From Ostreococcus lucimarinus (Eukaryota): 64,000 bases of DNA. Below, one piece after another: positions 50,199-60,265 of the stretch. Below the pieces are notes generated by a model. The model was not told the DNA's origin. It searched no databases and worked only from the letters and a program-made list of their open reading frames with translations. Each line of letters opens with the position of its first letter. Positions within the stretch are counted from its first letter, which is position 1. The DNA is taken from NCBI GenBank assembly GCA_000092065.1, contig CP000587.1; one strand, given 5' to 3'. Both the position numbers and the translations under genes were made by a program.

Positions 50199-50780
50199 AT
50201 GGGTAAGAAAGGAAAAGGTACCGGGTCCTTCGGTTCCCGACGTAACAAATCGCACACTCTGTGCCGACGGTGCGTGTGCGCTCGAGACGACGCGCGCGAC
50301 GCGAGGGAGGCGACGACGCGGGAAGACGACGGTGACCCTAGTAGGGCTTTGGGATGACGACGACTGACGACGACGACGCGACGCCGACGCGTCGTTCGCG
50401 CGCGCAGATGCGGGAAGCGATCGTACCACATTCAAAAGTCTACGTGCGCGGCCTGCGGGTATCCGTCCGCGCGGACGCGTTCATGTACGTGTGCACGATG
50501 CGAAGTCGACTCGACTCGATCGCGGCGGAGCGTCGATCGCGGGCGACGAGCGCCGCGAGACGTGGCGTCTCGCGACGCGCGACGGCGAGCGAGAGCTCGA
50601 AGCGCGCGAGATTGGTGACTGACCTTTCCTTGTTTTCAACGCACAGACAACTGGAGCGTGAAGGCGATCGGCCGCAAGACCACGGGTACCGGCCGCATGC
50701 GCTACTTGAAGACCTTGCCCAGAAGATTTAAGAATGGTTTCCGGGAAGGTACGGAGGCGAAAAAGAAGGTCGCTGCGTAA
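50199..50780 (+). CDS. RPL37: Cytosolic ribosomal protein eL37, three exons: join(50199..50269,50408..50484,50647..50780), 93 aa. Missed by the ORF track.
   Basis: Spliced product [23 protein letters not shown]|[26 protein letters not shown]|[44 protein letters not shown] carries the C4 zinc ribbon and the conserved eL37 C-terminus. Introns are GTGCGT...CGCGCAG (138 nt) and GTACGT...ACGCACAG (162 nt), each with ACTGAC upstream of the AG. Confidence 0.85.
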
Positions 50781-51019
50781 ACGCGACGTGGTTTCTTTTA
50801 GCGGGGAAGAGTAGGGCGAGTTCTTTTAGGAAGACGAATTTCGAGATGAGTAGTGGGTTGTAACACGATGCGTACTCGGTTGGAATTTTACCTCGAACGA
50901 GTCGACGACGCGCGGGCGAGACGACGACGCGCGCGTCGGTGGCGCGCAAACGCTTGGATGTCGCGCTAAGCTGGCTATATATTCTTACGACATAACTCGG
51001 ACTACGAATTTGAGTCGCG

Positions 51020-51967
51020 TCACATGATGTTGTTGTCGCGCATCAATTTGCGCACTTGCTCGAGCGTCAGAAACATGCACACGTTCCAGCCCCCGAGTCT
51101 GGCAAAGTTGGGTAAGAACCCACCGTAGAACGCCATCGGACCCTCGTTTGCGAGCGTCTTCGTGACGCAATCGACGAAACCTTTGTACTTACCCGTGCTA
51201 TCTCCCATCACTCGCGATTTAACCACGTCCACCGGGCTCCCGACGCAGCACGCGACGAATCCCGCGCCCAACGCCGAGGCGATGTGCGTGACGACGTCGT
51301 CCTTCATCCCCACGCCCAAGAAACTTTGCTTGAACTGATCGTACGACGCGAGCTCGGCGGCATTAACAATCGAGTTACGCATGATGTTGGGCGTCAATCC
51401 CGTCCACAGCGCGGCGAGGCCCTCTTGCCTGACGATGACGCCGTACGCCCCGACTGCGCTTGGATACTTTTTCGGCGTCCCCGGCGCGAGTTTTCCCTCC
51501 GCTTGCATGCGAACCTTGACCAAATCCGTCGGCGACGCCACCATTATCCCAATCCCACCCGTCGTGAGCCCCGCCGCGATTTTCAGGTGCAAGGGCACGT
51601 CCCCCACGTGTTCCTCGCCGACGTAAAACGTCTTCACGGGTTCGTACAACCCGATGCGCAAGCCGCCGAACAGCACCTGGCGATGGATCCCCGGGGTGAT
51701 TCCTTTCCACAGCGCCCCGATCCCCTCCTCCGCCGCCACCGCGCGCATCGTTCCGAGCATCCCAGCGCCCCGGCCGCGCGTCGTCGCCGTCGCCGTCGCG
51801 CTCGCGCCTCGCAGCTGCAGTCGCACCTTGACCGTGTCGAGAGGAATCGTGCAAAACTCCGCGAACGACGCCGAGAACGCGCTCGCGGCGAGGCCGCCGA
51901 GGAAGGGATTCACGAGCGGCGTTTTCGTTTTCGTTCTCGTCGCCGTCGCGTCGCCCTCGCGCGCCAT
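51020..51967 (-). CDS. Mitochondrial carrier family protein (SLC25), uncoupling-protein/dicarboxylate-carrier-like
   Basis: Three carrier repeats with the signature PLDTVKVRLQL, PTDLVKVRMQ, PVDVVKSRVM. The track start is GTG. First ATG at 51967. Confidence 0.85.
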   Translation of the reverse strand: MAREGDATATRTKTKTPLVNPFLGGLAASAFSASFAEFCTIPLDTVKVRLQLRGASATATATTRGRGAGMLGTMRAVAAEEGIGALWKGITPGIHRQVLFGGLRIGLYEPVKTFYVGEEHVGDVPLHLKIAAGLTTGGIGIMVASPTDLVKVRMQAEGKLAPGTPKKYPSAVGAYGVIVRQEGLAALWTGLTPNIMRNSIVNAAELASYDQFKQSFLGVGMKDDVVTHIASALGAGFVACCVGSPVDVVKSRVMGDSTGKYKGFVDCVTKTLANEGPMAFYGGFLPNFARLGGWNVCMFLTLEQVRKLMRDNNIM

Positions 51968-52263
51968 CTCGAGACCCCGCGCCGAACGCGCGACGCGACG
52001 CACTGCGGACGACAGCCCCGCGCGCGCGCCGACCGACCGACGACTGGGCGACGCGGGATCGTCCTGGGGTTCATCCTGGGGTTCAGGCTGAATCCTCGAT
52101 TATTTTTAGCGATCGTCGAGACGCCCTCTCGTCGCGCATTGAAGGATGCGAATGCGCCGTGATGTGTCCCCTCCGCGCGCGACCGCGACCGCGACGCCAC
52201 ACGGCGACGCGCGACGTCACGCGCGATTGATTTGATTTGATTTGGATTGGATTCGATTCATCG

Positions 52264-53214
52264 ATGGCGATCGCGGCGCGGCGAACGGCGTTCGCGGGCG
52301 CGAGCGCGAAGACGGGGAGAGACGCGCGAACGACGCGAACGACGCGACGCGCGGTGCGGCGAACGACGACGCGCGCGAGCGCGGACATCATGGATGAAGT
52401 CGGAACGCTGACGGTGTCGGACGACCAACTGAAGCGCGAGCGATACGTGGCGAGCAATCGATTTCGGGTGCAGGAGGGGAAGGGACCGGCGTTTGAAAAG
52501 CGATGGGCCGAACGACCGAGCCGATTGGCCAAGCTGCCGGGATTTAGGTACTTCACGCTGATGCGACGAGTGGAACCGCCGAGCGACGTCGCGACGACGT
52601 ACGACGAAGACGAGGCAAACTACGTGAGTTTTACGATCTGGGAGACCAAGGATGGGTTCGATGGTTGGCGCAAGGGTGACGCGTTTAAGGAAGCGCACGG
52701 GGGTGGTACGATTTTTGGGTTCATGTCCATGTTGGTGAGCTCGCTTATGATTTTGAAGGGCGGGCCGAAGCCGGCGTTTTACGACGGGTTGTTGTCGCTC
52801 TCCGCGGCGCCGTCGGAGAACTCGAGAAAGTGGCAAGCCGAAGACGGATGGCGACAAATCCCCGCTGACGGTAAGAATCCAATCGATGCCGACGTGTTCG
52901 TGGCGATGAATCGTTTCAAGGTTCGCCCGGGCAAAGAGGCGGCTTTCGAGAAACAGTGGGCCGAGCGCGAGTCCGAGCTTAAAGAGATGCCAGGTTTCAC
53001 GACGTTTTTACTCTTGCGTCGCGATGCGGTGACGCCGGACGATGGGTACAACTACTCGACGTACACGGTGTGGGAAAATCGCGCGGCGTTCGATAACTGG
53101 CGCGCGACGAAGAAGAAGCCGGCGGCGCGCGAGGGAGAACCTCTCTTTGAAGGCGCGCCGAAGCCAGTGTTTTACGAGGGCGTTCTAGCACTTCTCGACG
53201 CCGCGGGGGCTTAG
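52264..53214 (+). CDS. Tandem ABM (antibiotic-biosynthesis-monooxygenase-like, dimeric alpha/beta-barrel) domain protein with a plastid-transit-like N-terminus
   Basis: Two homologous halves: FRVQEGKGPAFEKRWAERPSRLAKLPGFRYFTLMRR and FKVRPGKEAAFEKQWAERESELKEMPGFTTFLLLRR. The track start is TTG. First ATG at 52264. Confidence 0.6.
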   Translation: MAIAARRTAFAGASAKTGRDARTTRTTRRAVRRTTTRASADIMDEVGTLTVSDDQLKRERYVASNRFRVQEGKGPAFEKRWAERPSRLAKLPGFRYFTLMRRVEPPSDVATTYDEDEANYVSFTIWETKDGFDGWRKGDAFKEAHGGGTIFGFMSMLVSSLMILKGGPKPAFYDGLLSLSAAPSENSRKWQAEDGWRQIPADGKNPIDADVFVAMNRFKVRPGKEAAFEKQWAERESELKEMPGFTTFLLLRRDAVTPDDGYNYSTYTVWENRAAFDNWRATKKKPAAREGEPLFEGAPKPVFYEGVLALLDAAGA

Positions 53215-53266
53215 AACTGCTGCTACTACTACTATTTTTAAAGAATGCGCTTTGCTACGTCTAAAA

Positions 53267-56200
53267 CTAAAGCTTGATCGCGTAAAGCAAATCCTCGACG
53301 TCCCGCGTGGACGCCGAGCCAATATCGAGCTTGGCTTGGAGCACGCGTTCGATGTATCCGTACGCTTCCTCAAACGCGCTCGATAACCTCATCGCGTCTT
53401 CTTCCGATACCGCCCCGTCACCTGCTTGACACGCCGCGTACTCGCACGCCACGGCGAGTATGGTTCGGATTTGTTCCGCCACCAAAGTCCACGTGGGATC
53501 CGGGGAAACCAAACACCTCTTCGTGGCGTCCTGTAAAAACTCGTCGTGCGCCGCGCGAATGGCTTCGAGCGTCATGGCGTCATCGATTTTCTTCATCAAG
53601 ACGTCCCAGTCGACGTGCAAAATTCGTACGATGACGTGATCGCGGAGAGACGTGATAAAGTGTCGCAATCGAGGCTCGAGATGACGAGCTTTTGCGCCAC
53701 CCATACCGCTCCCTCGAGCGCAACGAATGTGCTCCGACCACCGCGCCGTCGCAACGGACTGCATCGCGGTGTGCGCGCGGCGAAGTTGTCCGAGAAACAC
53801 AGCCACTGCGTTGTATTGTGCCATCGTACTTGGAGGAATGACGATATTGTGCGGCCACTTAACGTCGAAACTATATCGAAGAGAGGCAATCTTTTCCAGA
53901 GCTCCGGTGCCGATGACGACGCGCGAAAAAATATTTTCTTCCGCCTCGGGGATGATTTCAACTTGCACACCTCGACATTCGGGGAATTCACCCGAGTTGT
54001 CAGCCGCGAACGCATCACTAAGTAATTCGTTCAGCGTCGTACTATTCCACTTGGCGTTGATCTTATCCGGGTCGTCAAGAATGCCGAAGATGGCTGAAAA
54101 GAAGTGCATCGCCGCGTCGCCAGCGCCGCCAAGGAAGACGGCGCGCAGTGCGTAGAGCTCCTTCTTAATGTCCAAGCTATCTCGTAACGACCTTGATAAG
54201 ACCACTTGGACCTCTTTAGCACGCTTGAGAATGTGCACACCGATGGACTGCTGGACGGCGAGACTGATTGGGCAAGAGGGAACTTGTGTCGTCAAAAATT
54301 CATCGAGCCAAGCGTTGAGCGTTGAGGCGCTTCCTTGGAGCGCCGTCTTCGATCGAACTCGACGTGTCGGAACGATACGAGTCGGTCGAGATAAAATCAT
54401 GTCTCGCACCACGTCTGTGTTCACATTTCTGATACCGACAAGCGAAGTGGGAGTTTCGAAGATGTTGTTCAGCCCGCTCGTGTTGACTTTGACACCATCG
54501 ACGAGTGCTCTCGCACGCTCACTAGCGTCGTCGCCACCGAAGGTCTCAGGCGAGGCGTGTATGGCGCTCAAATGCTTGCGTAAATGGAAACAAAACGAAT
54601 CGATCAAGTGTACGTCCAAGGTTGGTACTTTTTGAGACGTCTCGTTTTCAGTGTGATGCAACAACTCGAGCGAGCGACCGACGTCTAAAATATCCAACAT
54701 AAACTCCCGAAAGAAGCACGGCGTCTCAATGTCGTGGCGAAGGACGTGGCCGTGAAGCCAATGTTCTTTACTTCCGACGAAATCATCAATAGCTCGGCCT
54801 TTGGCGATGAATAACTCCTCAGCTGGATCGTCTAAGATCCCAAACGCGAGCCAGCGTTGCAAGCCTTGAAGGTACGGTTGAATTGTATCCACAAATATTG
54901 GCATCGTGACTGCGAAACCATGGATATTTGCAGTTGCTTGGTGTTCCACTGCGAGTTCATACACGGTTGTCAGACAATGACTCGCAGCTTCCGCAGCGGG
55001 CGTCCCTTCATGAGGAAACGCAGTCAGGGCGCAGCGCTCAAGCGCGTCGATTTTGGCTTCGAGCCGGCGGACAGTCGTTCTAAGCTCTAGTAGCGTAGGT
55101 TGGCCTCTTATCGTGGATTCACCAGCCAGACGCTTTTCAAGAGGAACGAGCGTACTCTTAATCCACTGCGCTCGGGAATCAAGCGCTTGAGTGAACGCCT
55201 GAATCGTCGGTCCGAGCGCCAAAGAAGTCTGTTTCATCTCTTTCAAGCGAGTCAGCACCGACGCCATACGACGAATTGAGATCAAAGCGCCATCGAGAGT
55301 CATGCAAGACACGTGAGGTAACGTGACACGATCTAGCTCCACGCTTCCACTACGAAGGGCGTGCAGAGCTTCTTGTACCAAGCTTGTTTCGCTCTGTAAA
55401 TTCTTCGCCGCAATCGAAGCGATTAATCTCTCGTCGCCTCGATGAACGTTGGAATCTCGCAGCACGCTCTGAAACTGTCTCGTCTGCGCGACTATTTCTG
55501 AAATATACTCTAACTCGGGTGCTGCTGAAGCCGTTTTGCCCAAATCTTTCGTCTCTGTCGAAGTCTCTGGAGGCACACAGTCTCCGAGTAAGCCGTCACG
55601 CCACGAAAATCCGGGATCGTCGCCCTCGCTCGCGTACCCCTCGACCAACCCATCATTGCCACCATCTCTACCATCCGATTGATCATCACTATCATCGTCT
55701 GACCATTCAGACAGCGTCGATGCACCACTCGCGTCGTGTTCGTCGTCGTACGCTTCGCCAAACGCGCCCGCCGCATCGCTCGCGTCCTCAAACGCGTACG
55801 CGTCCTCACTCGACAACGCATCGAACGCCCCGACGCTCACGGCACCCCCATCACTCATTTCATCCAATGTCGTCGTCATCGGTCGTCTCGACAACCGCAA
55901 CAGCATCAACGCCACCCGCGTCCCGACGTCTTCGTCCTCGCCGCCGCGCCACCGCTCCCGCAGCGCCTCCATCTTCCTCCCCAACGTCGCCGCCTTCGCG
56001 TCCTGCGCCATCGCCTCCATCCGTCGGCGTAATTCATCAATCTCTTCTCTCACCTCGTCCTCGCTCAGCGCCTTGTACGCGTGCACGCGCAGGTGATAAT
56101 CGCAATATCTTTTGCAGAGTTTAAAATTTCCAACCGCCGGGTCATCGTCTTCGTCGTCTCCGTCCTCCCCGGTCGGTCTGCGCGCGACGGCGACGTTTTG

Positions 56201-56269
56201 TTCGATCAAACGATCGACCAGCGCATCGATGCGTCGCGCCCGCGCGGCTTGCGCGGCGCTGCTCGCCAT
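53267..56269 (-). CDS. Gamma-tubulin complex component (GCP/Spc97-Spc98 family), 1000 aa
   Basis: Central GRIP1-like and C-terminal GRIP2-like regions (LRYSFDVKWPHNIVIPPSTMAQYNAVAVFLGQLRRAHTAMQSV...ILHVDWDVLMKKIDDAMTLEAIRAAHDEFL), with an acidic insert. ATG at 56269. Confidence 0.65.
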   Translation of the reverse strand: MASSAAQAARARRIDALVDRLIEQNVAVARRPTGEDGDDEDDDPAVGNFKLCKRYCDYHLRVHAYKALSEDEVREEIDELRRRMEAMAQDAKAATLGRKMEALRERWRGGEDEDVGTRVALMLLRLSRRPMTTTLDEMSDGGAVSVGAFDALSSEDAYAFEDASDAAGAFGEAYDDEHDASGASTLSEWSDDDSDDQSDGRDGGNDGLVEGYASEGDDPGFSWRDGLLGDCVPPETSTETKDLGKTASAAPELEYISEIVAQTRQFQSVLRDSNVHRGDERLIASIAAKNLQSETSLVQEALHALRSGSVELDRVTLPHVSCMTLDGALISIRRMASVLTRLKEMKQTSLALGPTIQAFTQALDSRAQWIKSTLVPLEKRLAGESTIRGQPTLLELRTTVRRLEAKIDALERCALTAFPHEGTPAAEAASHCLTTVYELAVEHQATANIHGFAVTMPIFVDTIQPYLQGLQRWLAFGILDDPAEELFIAKGRAIDDFVGSKEHWLHGHVLRHDIETPCFFREFMLDILDVGRSLELLHHTENETSQKVPTLDVHLIDSFCFHLRKHLSAIHASPETFGGDDASERARALVDGVKVNTSGLNNIFETPTSLVGIRNVNTDVVRDMILSRPTRIVPTRRVRSKTALQGSASTLNAWLDEFLTTQVPSCPISLAVQQSIGVHILKRAKEVQVVLSRSLRDSLDIKKELYALRAVFLGGAGDAAMHFFSAIFGILDDPDKINAKWNSTTLNELLSDAFAADNSGEFPECRGVQVEIIPEAEENIFSRVVIGTGALEKIASLRYSFDVKWPHNIVIPPSTMAQYNAVAVFLGQLRRAHTAMQSVATARWSEHIRCARGSGMGGAKARHLEPRLRHFITSLRDHVIVRILHVDWDVLMKKIDDAMTLEAIRAAHDEFLQDATKRCLVSPDPTWTLVAEQIRTILAVACEYAACQAGDGAVSEEDAMRLSSAFEEAYGYIERVLQAKLDIGSASTRDVEDLLYAIKL

Positions 56270-56397
56270 GGACGACGCGCGACGTCGTTGACCGACGCGT
56301 CGCGGTGTGCGCGCCCGAACCGCGGTCGCGTCGACACAGCGACGCGCGCGCGACGAGCGCGCGATCGACGACGACGACGGACGCGAGCGCGCGAACG

Positions 56398-57333
56398 ATG
56401 CGATCGTGTCGATCGCCCGCGGGCGACGCGGCGTGCGCGAGGACGTCGCGCGGGGCGCACGAACGCGCGCGAGTTGGACTTCGAGACGGCGCGAGACGAC
56501 GCTCTGACGCGCGCGCGCGCGCGCGAATCGACGTGCGGACGCGCGCGGTGGAGGACGAGGACGAGTTTGCGATATTTCGATTCACGCTCGGGATCCCAGG
56601 GTTCGACGACGAGGACATACCGCGCGCGGTGGGCGCGCTCGGGGCGCTCGGGCTTTGCGCGAACAGATTCGCCGCCGGTACCGATGGGGCGTCGGATGCG
56701 CTGGCGAGGAGTGAAATCGTGGGCGTTGGGCTGTGTTTGGCGTGCGCGCTGGCGCCTGAGCTCGGGCGAGCGCTGAAAGGTGACGAACGGGGGGGCGCGG
56801 CGAAGGGGAGGTCGAACGCGGATGTCGACGGCGCGAGTTCGGTGTTCGCGCTGAGCGAAGACGCGAGCGAGAGCGCCAAGGAGGACTGCGCGTGGGCGTC
56901 GTATGCGATTTTGACGAACACACTCGCGAGTGGGGTCGTTTTCGTGGATGGGCGAGGGAACGCGCGGCTCGCACGAGGGACGGTGCGCGGGCGGGACGAC
57001 GGCGCCCCAGACTCGAACAAAGCCGACGTCTTGGCGCGCGTCGGTCGGGCTTGGAGCGAGGTTTCATCGACGATTGGAACGGATAAAATCGCTTCGAGCG
57101 CGCCGCCGAGTGCGGAAGAAGAATATCACGCCAGTCGTTGGGAAATTGATCGCGCGGGCGCCAACGTTTGGGGCTTCCTTCCGCCCACCGCCGAAACCGT
57201 CTTCGCGCGTCGATCGCCCGAGAACGGCGGCGTGCTCATCGCTTGGAGCGATGCCTCGCGCGGCTTTAGCAAAAAGGATCGCTCTTGGCTCCAAGCCTTG
57301 GCGCGCAAGCTCGACCTCGCGTTCGCGTCTTAA
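56398..57333 (+). CDS. Hypothetical protein with a plastid-transit-like N-terminus (311 aa)
   Basis: ATG at 56398 after a GTG-initiated GC-rich leader. Diverges from the GCP gene 128 bp away. Globular, non-repetitive C-terminal two-thirds. No family recognised. Confidence 0.4.
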   Translation: MRSCRSPAGDAACARTSRGAHERARVGLRDGARRRSDARARARIDVRTRAVEDEDEFAIFRFTLGIPGFDDEDIPRAVGALGALGLCANRFAAGTDGASDALARSEIVGVGLCLACALAPELGRALKGDERGGAAKGRSNADVDGASSVFALSEDASESAKEDCAWASYAILTNTLASGVVFVDGRGNARLARGTVRGRDDGAPDSNKADVLARVGRAWSEVSSTIGTDKIASSAPPSAEEEYHASRWEIDRAGANVWGFLPPTAETVFARRSPENGGVLIAWSDASRGFSKKDRSWLQALARKLDLAFAS

Positions 57334-57642
57334 ATACTCGCGATATTTAAACACGTCTAGCCTAGCGGTGTGTTAGCGAGAGAAAACGCTCGAAAAATGC
57401 GTTATTTCGTGCGTCCCACGACGTCTTGTCGGTCAAAATCTTGCGCGCGCGAGCTCGGACGTTCGCACACCTCGACGCGAACGCGCACGAGCGTCCATCC
57501 CACGCCGTCGCGCACGAGGGTGCGGAGACGCGAGTACGAAGCGATCGACGCGCGTCCCGAACGCGCAAAGGGTGCGCCTCTTCGGTGAATCCACTCCAAT
57601 CCAACGCGACGACAAGTTCGAGACACGCGACGACGACGCTGA

Positions 57643-59244
57643 ATGGAGAGCGATTACGGCATCGTCGATGGGTTCGATGAACCTCCACACGCGTTCATCA
57701 AATCCTTGTTGTCCAAGCCGATCATCGTGCGCAAGCTCGCGGATAAATTCTTTGGAGGGGACAAGACGCGCGTGGAGGACGAGTACGAGGCGCTCACAGA
57801 GGAAGAATTGGACAAGTTTTTCATAAGCGAATTCGGTGGGGGAACGTTTCGAGCGGGACGAGAGTATTCATTCATCTTGTATGGCGCGAGTGGGTACACG
57901 GGGTCGCTGTGCTTGGAGTATATCCTTAAGACGGTGCAGAATCTCGGGAGCCGCGTGACGTTTGCGCTCGCGGGGCGAAACGAGGCGAAATTACGCAAGC
58001 GTTGGGCAGATGTGACGTCGAGATATCCGACGGAGTACGAACCCGGATTCATTACGTGCGACTTGGCAAATCCAGTAGCGATTCGTGAGATGGTTCTCCA
58101 GGCCAGAGTCGTGGTGAACATCGCCGGACCTTTCATGCTCACGCCCGCGGATATGTTGGTGCGCGTGTGCGCGACGTGACTTTTGCGCGAGCGCGTTGAG
58201 ACTACTATTTTCACGACGACTCGATGACTGACGGACAACCGCGTTTCCCTCAACTCGACGTAGGCCGAAGCTTGTATAGAGTACGATACGGATTACGTCG
58301 ACGTCAACGGCGAAGTACCGTTCACCAAGAAGCTCATCAAGTATCACGACTGGGCCAAGGCGAATAATGTTCTCGTCGTCCCAAACGCCGCGGGCGCCGG
58401 TGGCATTCCGGACGTCGGGTGCTTCTACACCGTTCGTGAGCTTCGCAAAAGAATCGGCAAGGATGTACCAGTGAGCAAGATGCACATGTATCTCTATGGT
58501 AGCGCCGGTGGGGCTCCATCTGGGGGGACGCTTGCGACTCGAGCCGCGATGACGGCGGCGATGAAGGACGTCGCCGGTTTGATGGCGAACCCGTTCGCGC
58601 TCGGAGGCTCAATCGAAGGCGGTAGCCGGCCCGAAGACGCCGATCGTAACTTGAGTCAAGTTGAGTATGACCCGGACTACGACGCGTGGAAAGCACCGTT
58701 CACGTACGCCTTCTATGAGACTCGCTTGATTCGTCGAGCGAATTGGCTCCTTCGTGATCTCGGACGGTTTCCGTACGGTCGCAACCTAAACTATCTCGAA
58801 CATCTCATCCTGCCGACGGAAAAATCGGCAAGAGATTTACAAAGCTCGAACACAAGCTCGAAGGCCGAGGAAGAGAAGCTGCGCAAGGAGGGTAGATTAT
58901 TCAAATTGGGCGAAGGTCTCGACGAGTCTGCGCGCGATTCCATTTGGTCTGAATACTGGTTCGACGCCGTCACGCCCGAAGGCGAAAAGATTCGTACTCG
59001 ATTGACCGGCAAGGATGGTTACGACGAAACCGCACACATGGCTATCGAACTCGCGATTCTGTGCTCGGAATATCGCGAAAAACTCCCTTTCAGGGGCGGC
59101 GTGCTCACCCCCGGTGTCGCCGGCGGCGACCCGTACATCGAAGCGCTTCACTCCACCGGTCTCAACTTCGAAGTCTTATCCAACGACGCCAAGGTTGATT
59201 TCTCGCGTCTCGCGAACGCAATCGTCGCGTCTTCCGCGGCATGA
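57643..59244 (+). CDS. Saccharopine-dehydrogenase-like oxidoreductase (SCCPDH-like), two exons: join(57643..58158,58264..59244)
   Basis: Exon 1 is FILYGASGYTGSLCLEYILK...VVVNIAGPFMLTPADML. A 105-nt intron runs GTGCGC...TCGACGTAG, with GACTGACGG 32 nt upstream of the AG. Exon 2 is in the second track ORF's frame: AEACIEYDTDYVDVNGEVPF..., which matches SCCPDH (…VKACIENGASCIDISGEP…). Confidence 0.75.
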
Positions 59245-59485
59245 TTTTATCTCTCTTTCATCGTTGTCCGCGCTCTCGAACGTAAATAATCAAGCACGAA
59301 CTAAACGCTCGCCGTCGCCGCCGAAACAGTTGCCAGAACGACTCACGACTCGACGCACTCGCCGACGCGAGTCCATGCACGTCGTCAGACTCGACGCCAT
59401 CGAACGAACGCGCATCCAACCTCACTTCGCACGCGCGTCGACGCCGTCGACACCACTCGCACGAGCCGCGCGCGCGCGCGCGAAC

Positions 59486-60238
59486 ATGTCGACCTCGAGT
59501 GCTGTCCCGCTCACCCTGGCCACGTTCGACGTCGACGGCACGTTAATTCGCGCCTCTGGAGCCGACGCGAACAAGTTCCACAAAGACGCGTTCGCGCACG
59601 GGTTACTCGAGGTCTACGGCATCGACGACGCGCGCGGAATCGACGTGGTACAACATCACGGGTCGACGGACATGCTCATCGTCGCCGCGGTGGCGCGGTT
59701 TCACGGCGTGCCGGAGGAAGTGATTTACGAGCGCATGGATGAATGCACGGCGGCGATGTCAAGATACGCGGTGGAAAAGAAGGCAGACGCGGCGGAAGGC
59801 CTTGAGTTGTTGGTTGGCGTCAGAGCGCTTTTGGAAAAATTGGCCGCGAGGGACGACGTCGCCGTGTGTCTCGTCACCGGAAATCTGGAGCCCATAGGCT
59901 GGGCGAAGATGCAACGATTGGGGATCGACGAGTTCTTCACAGCTCCGCGGTATGGAGGTTTCGGGAGCGACCACACCGATCGAGGTGAGCTCGTTGCGAT
60001 TGCGGCGAACAGGACGAAGGAATATTTGGGCGTGCGCGCCGAAAAACGGTTTCATTTCGGCGACACGCCCGCGGACGTCAAGGCGGCTGAGTTCGCCGGG
60101 GCGACGGCGATCGGGCTGCTCACTGGAATATTTTCCAAAGAAGAGCTCGTGGCGAGCTCGAAATTAGACGATCCGATTATTTTTGACGATTTGAGCGACA
60201 CCGCGGCCGTCGTGCGCGCGCTCGGTCTCGAAGAGTAG
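59486..60238 (+). CDS. HAD-superfamily hydrolase (subfamily IA, beta-phosphoglucomutase-like)
   Basis: Motif I ATFDVDGTLIRAS and motif IV HFGDTPADVKAAEFAGA. ATG at 59486. Confidence 0.65.
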   Translation: MSTSSAVPLTLATFDVDGTLIRASGADANKFHKDAFAHGLLEVYGIDDARGIDVVQHHGSTDMLIVAAVARFHGVPEEVIYERMDECTAAMSRYAVEKKADAAEGLELLVGVRALLEKLAARDDVAVCLVTGNLEPIGWAKMQRLGIDEFFTAPRYGGFGSDHTDRGELVAIAANRTKEYLGVRAEKRFHFGDTPADVKAAEFAGATAIGLLTGIFSKEELVASSKLDDPIIFDDLSDTAAVVRALGLEE

Positions 60239-60265
60239 CGCTATTATTTACAGAGTACAGTTTAG

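Noticed and set aside
56142-57020. 292-aa minus-strand ORF and the 161-aa ORF at 56582..57067
   Set aside because: Antisense to the 56398..57333 gene. Ser/Pro/Arg-rich low complexity.
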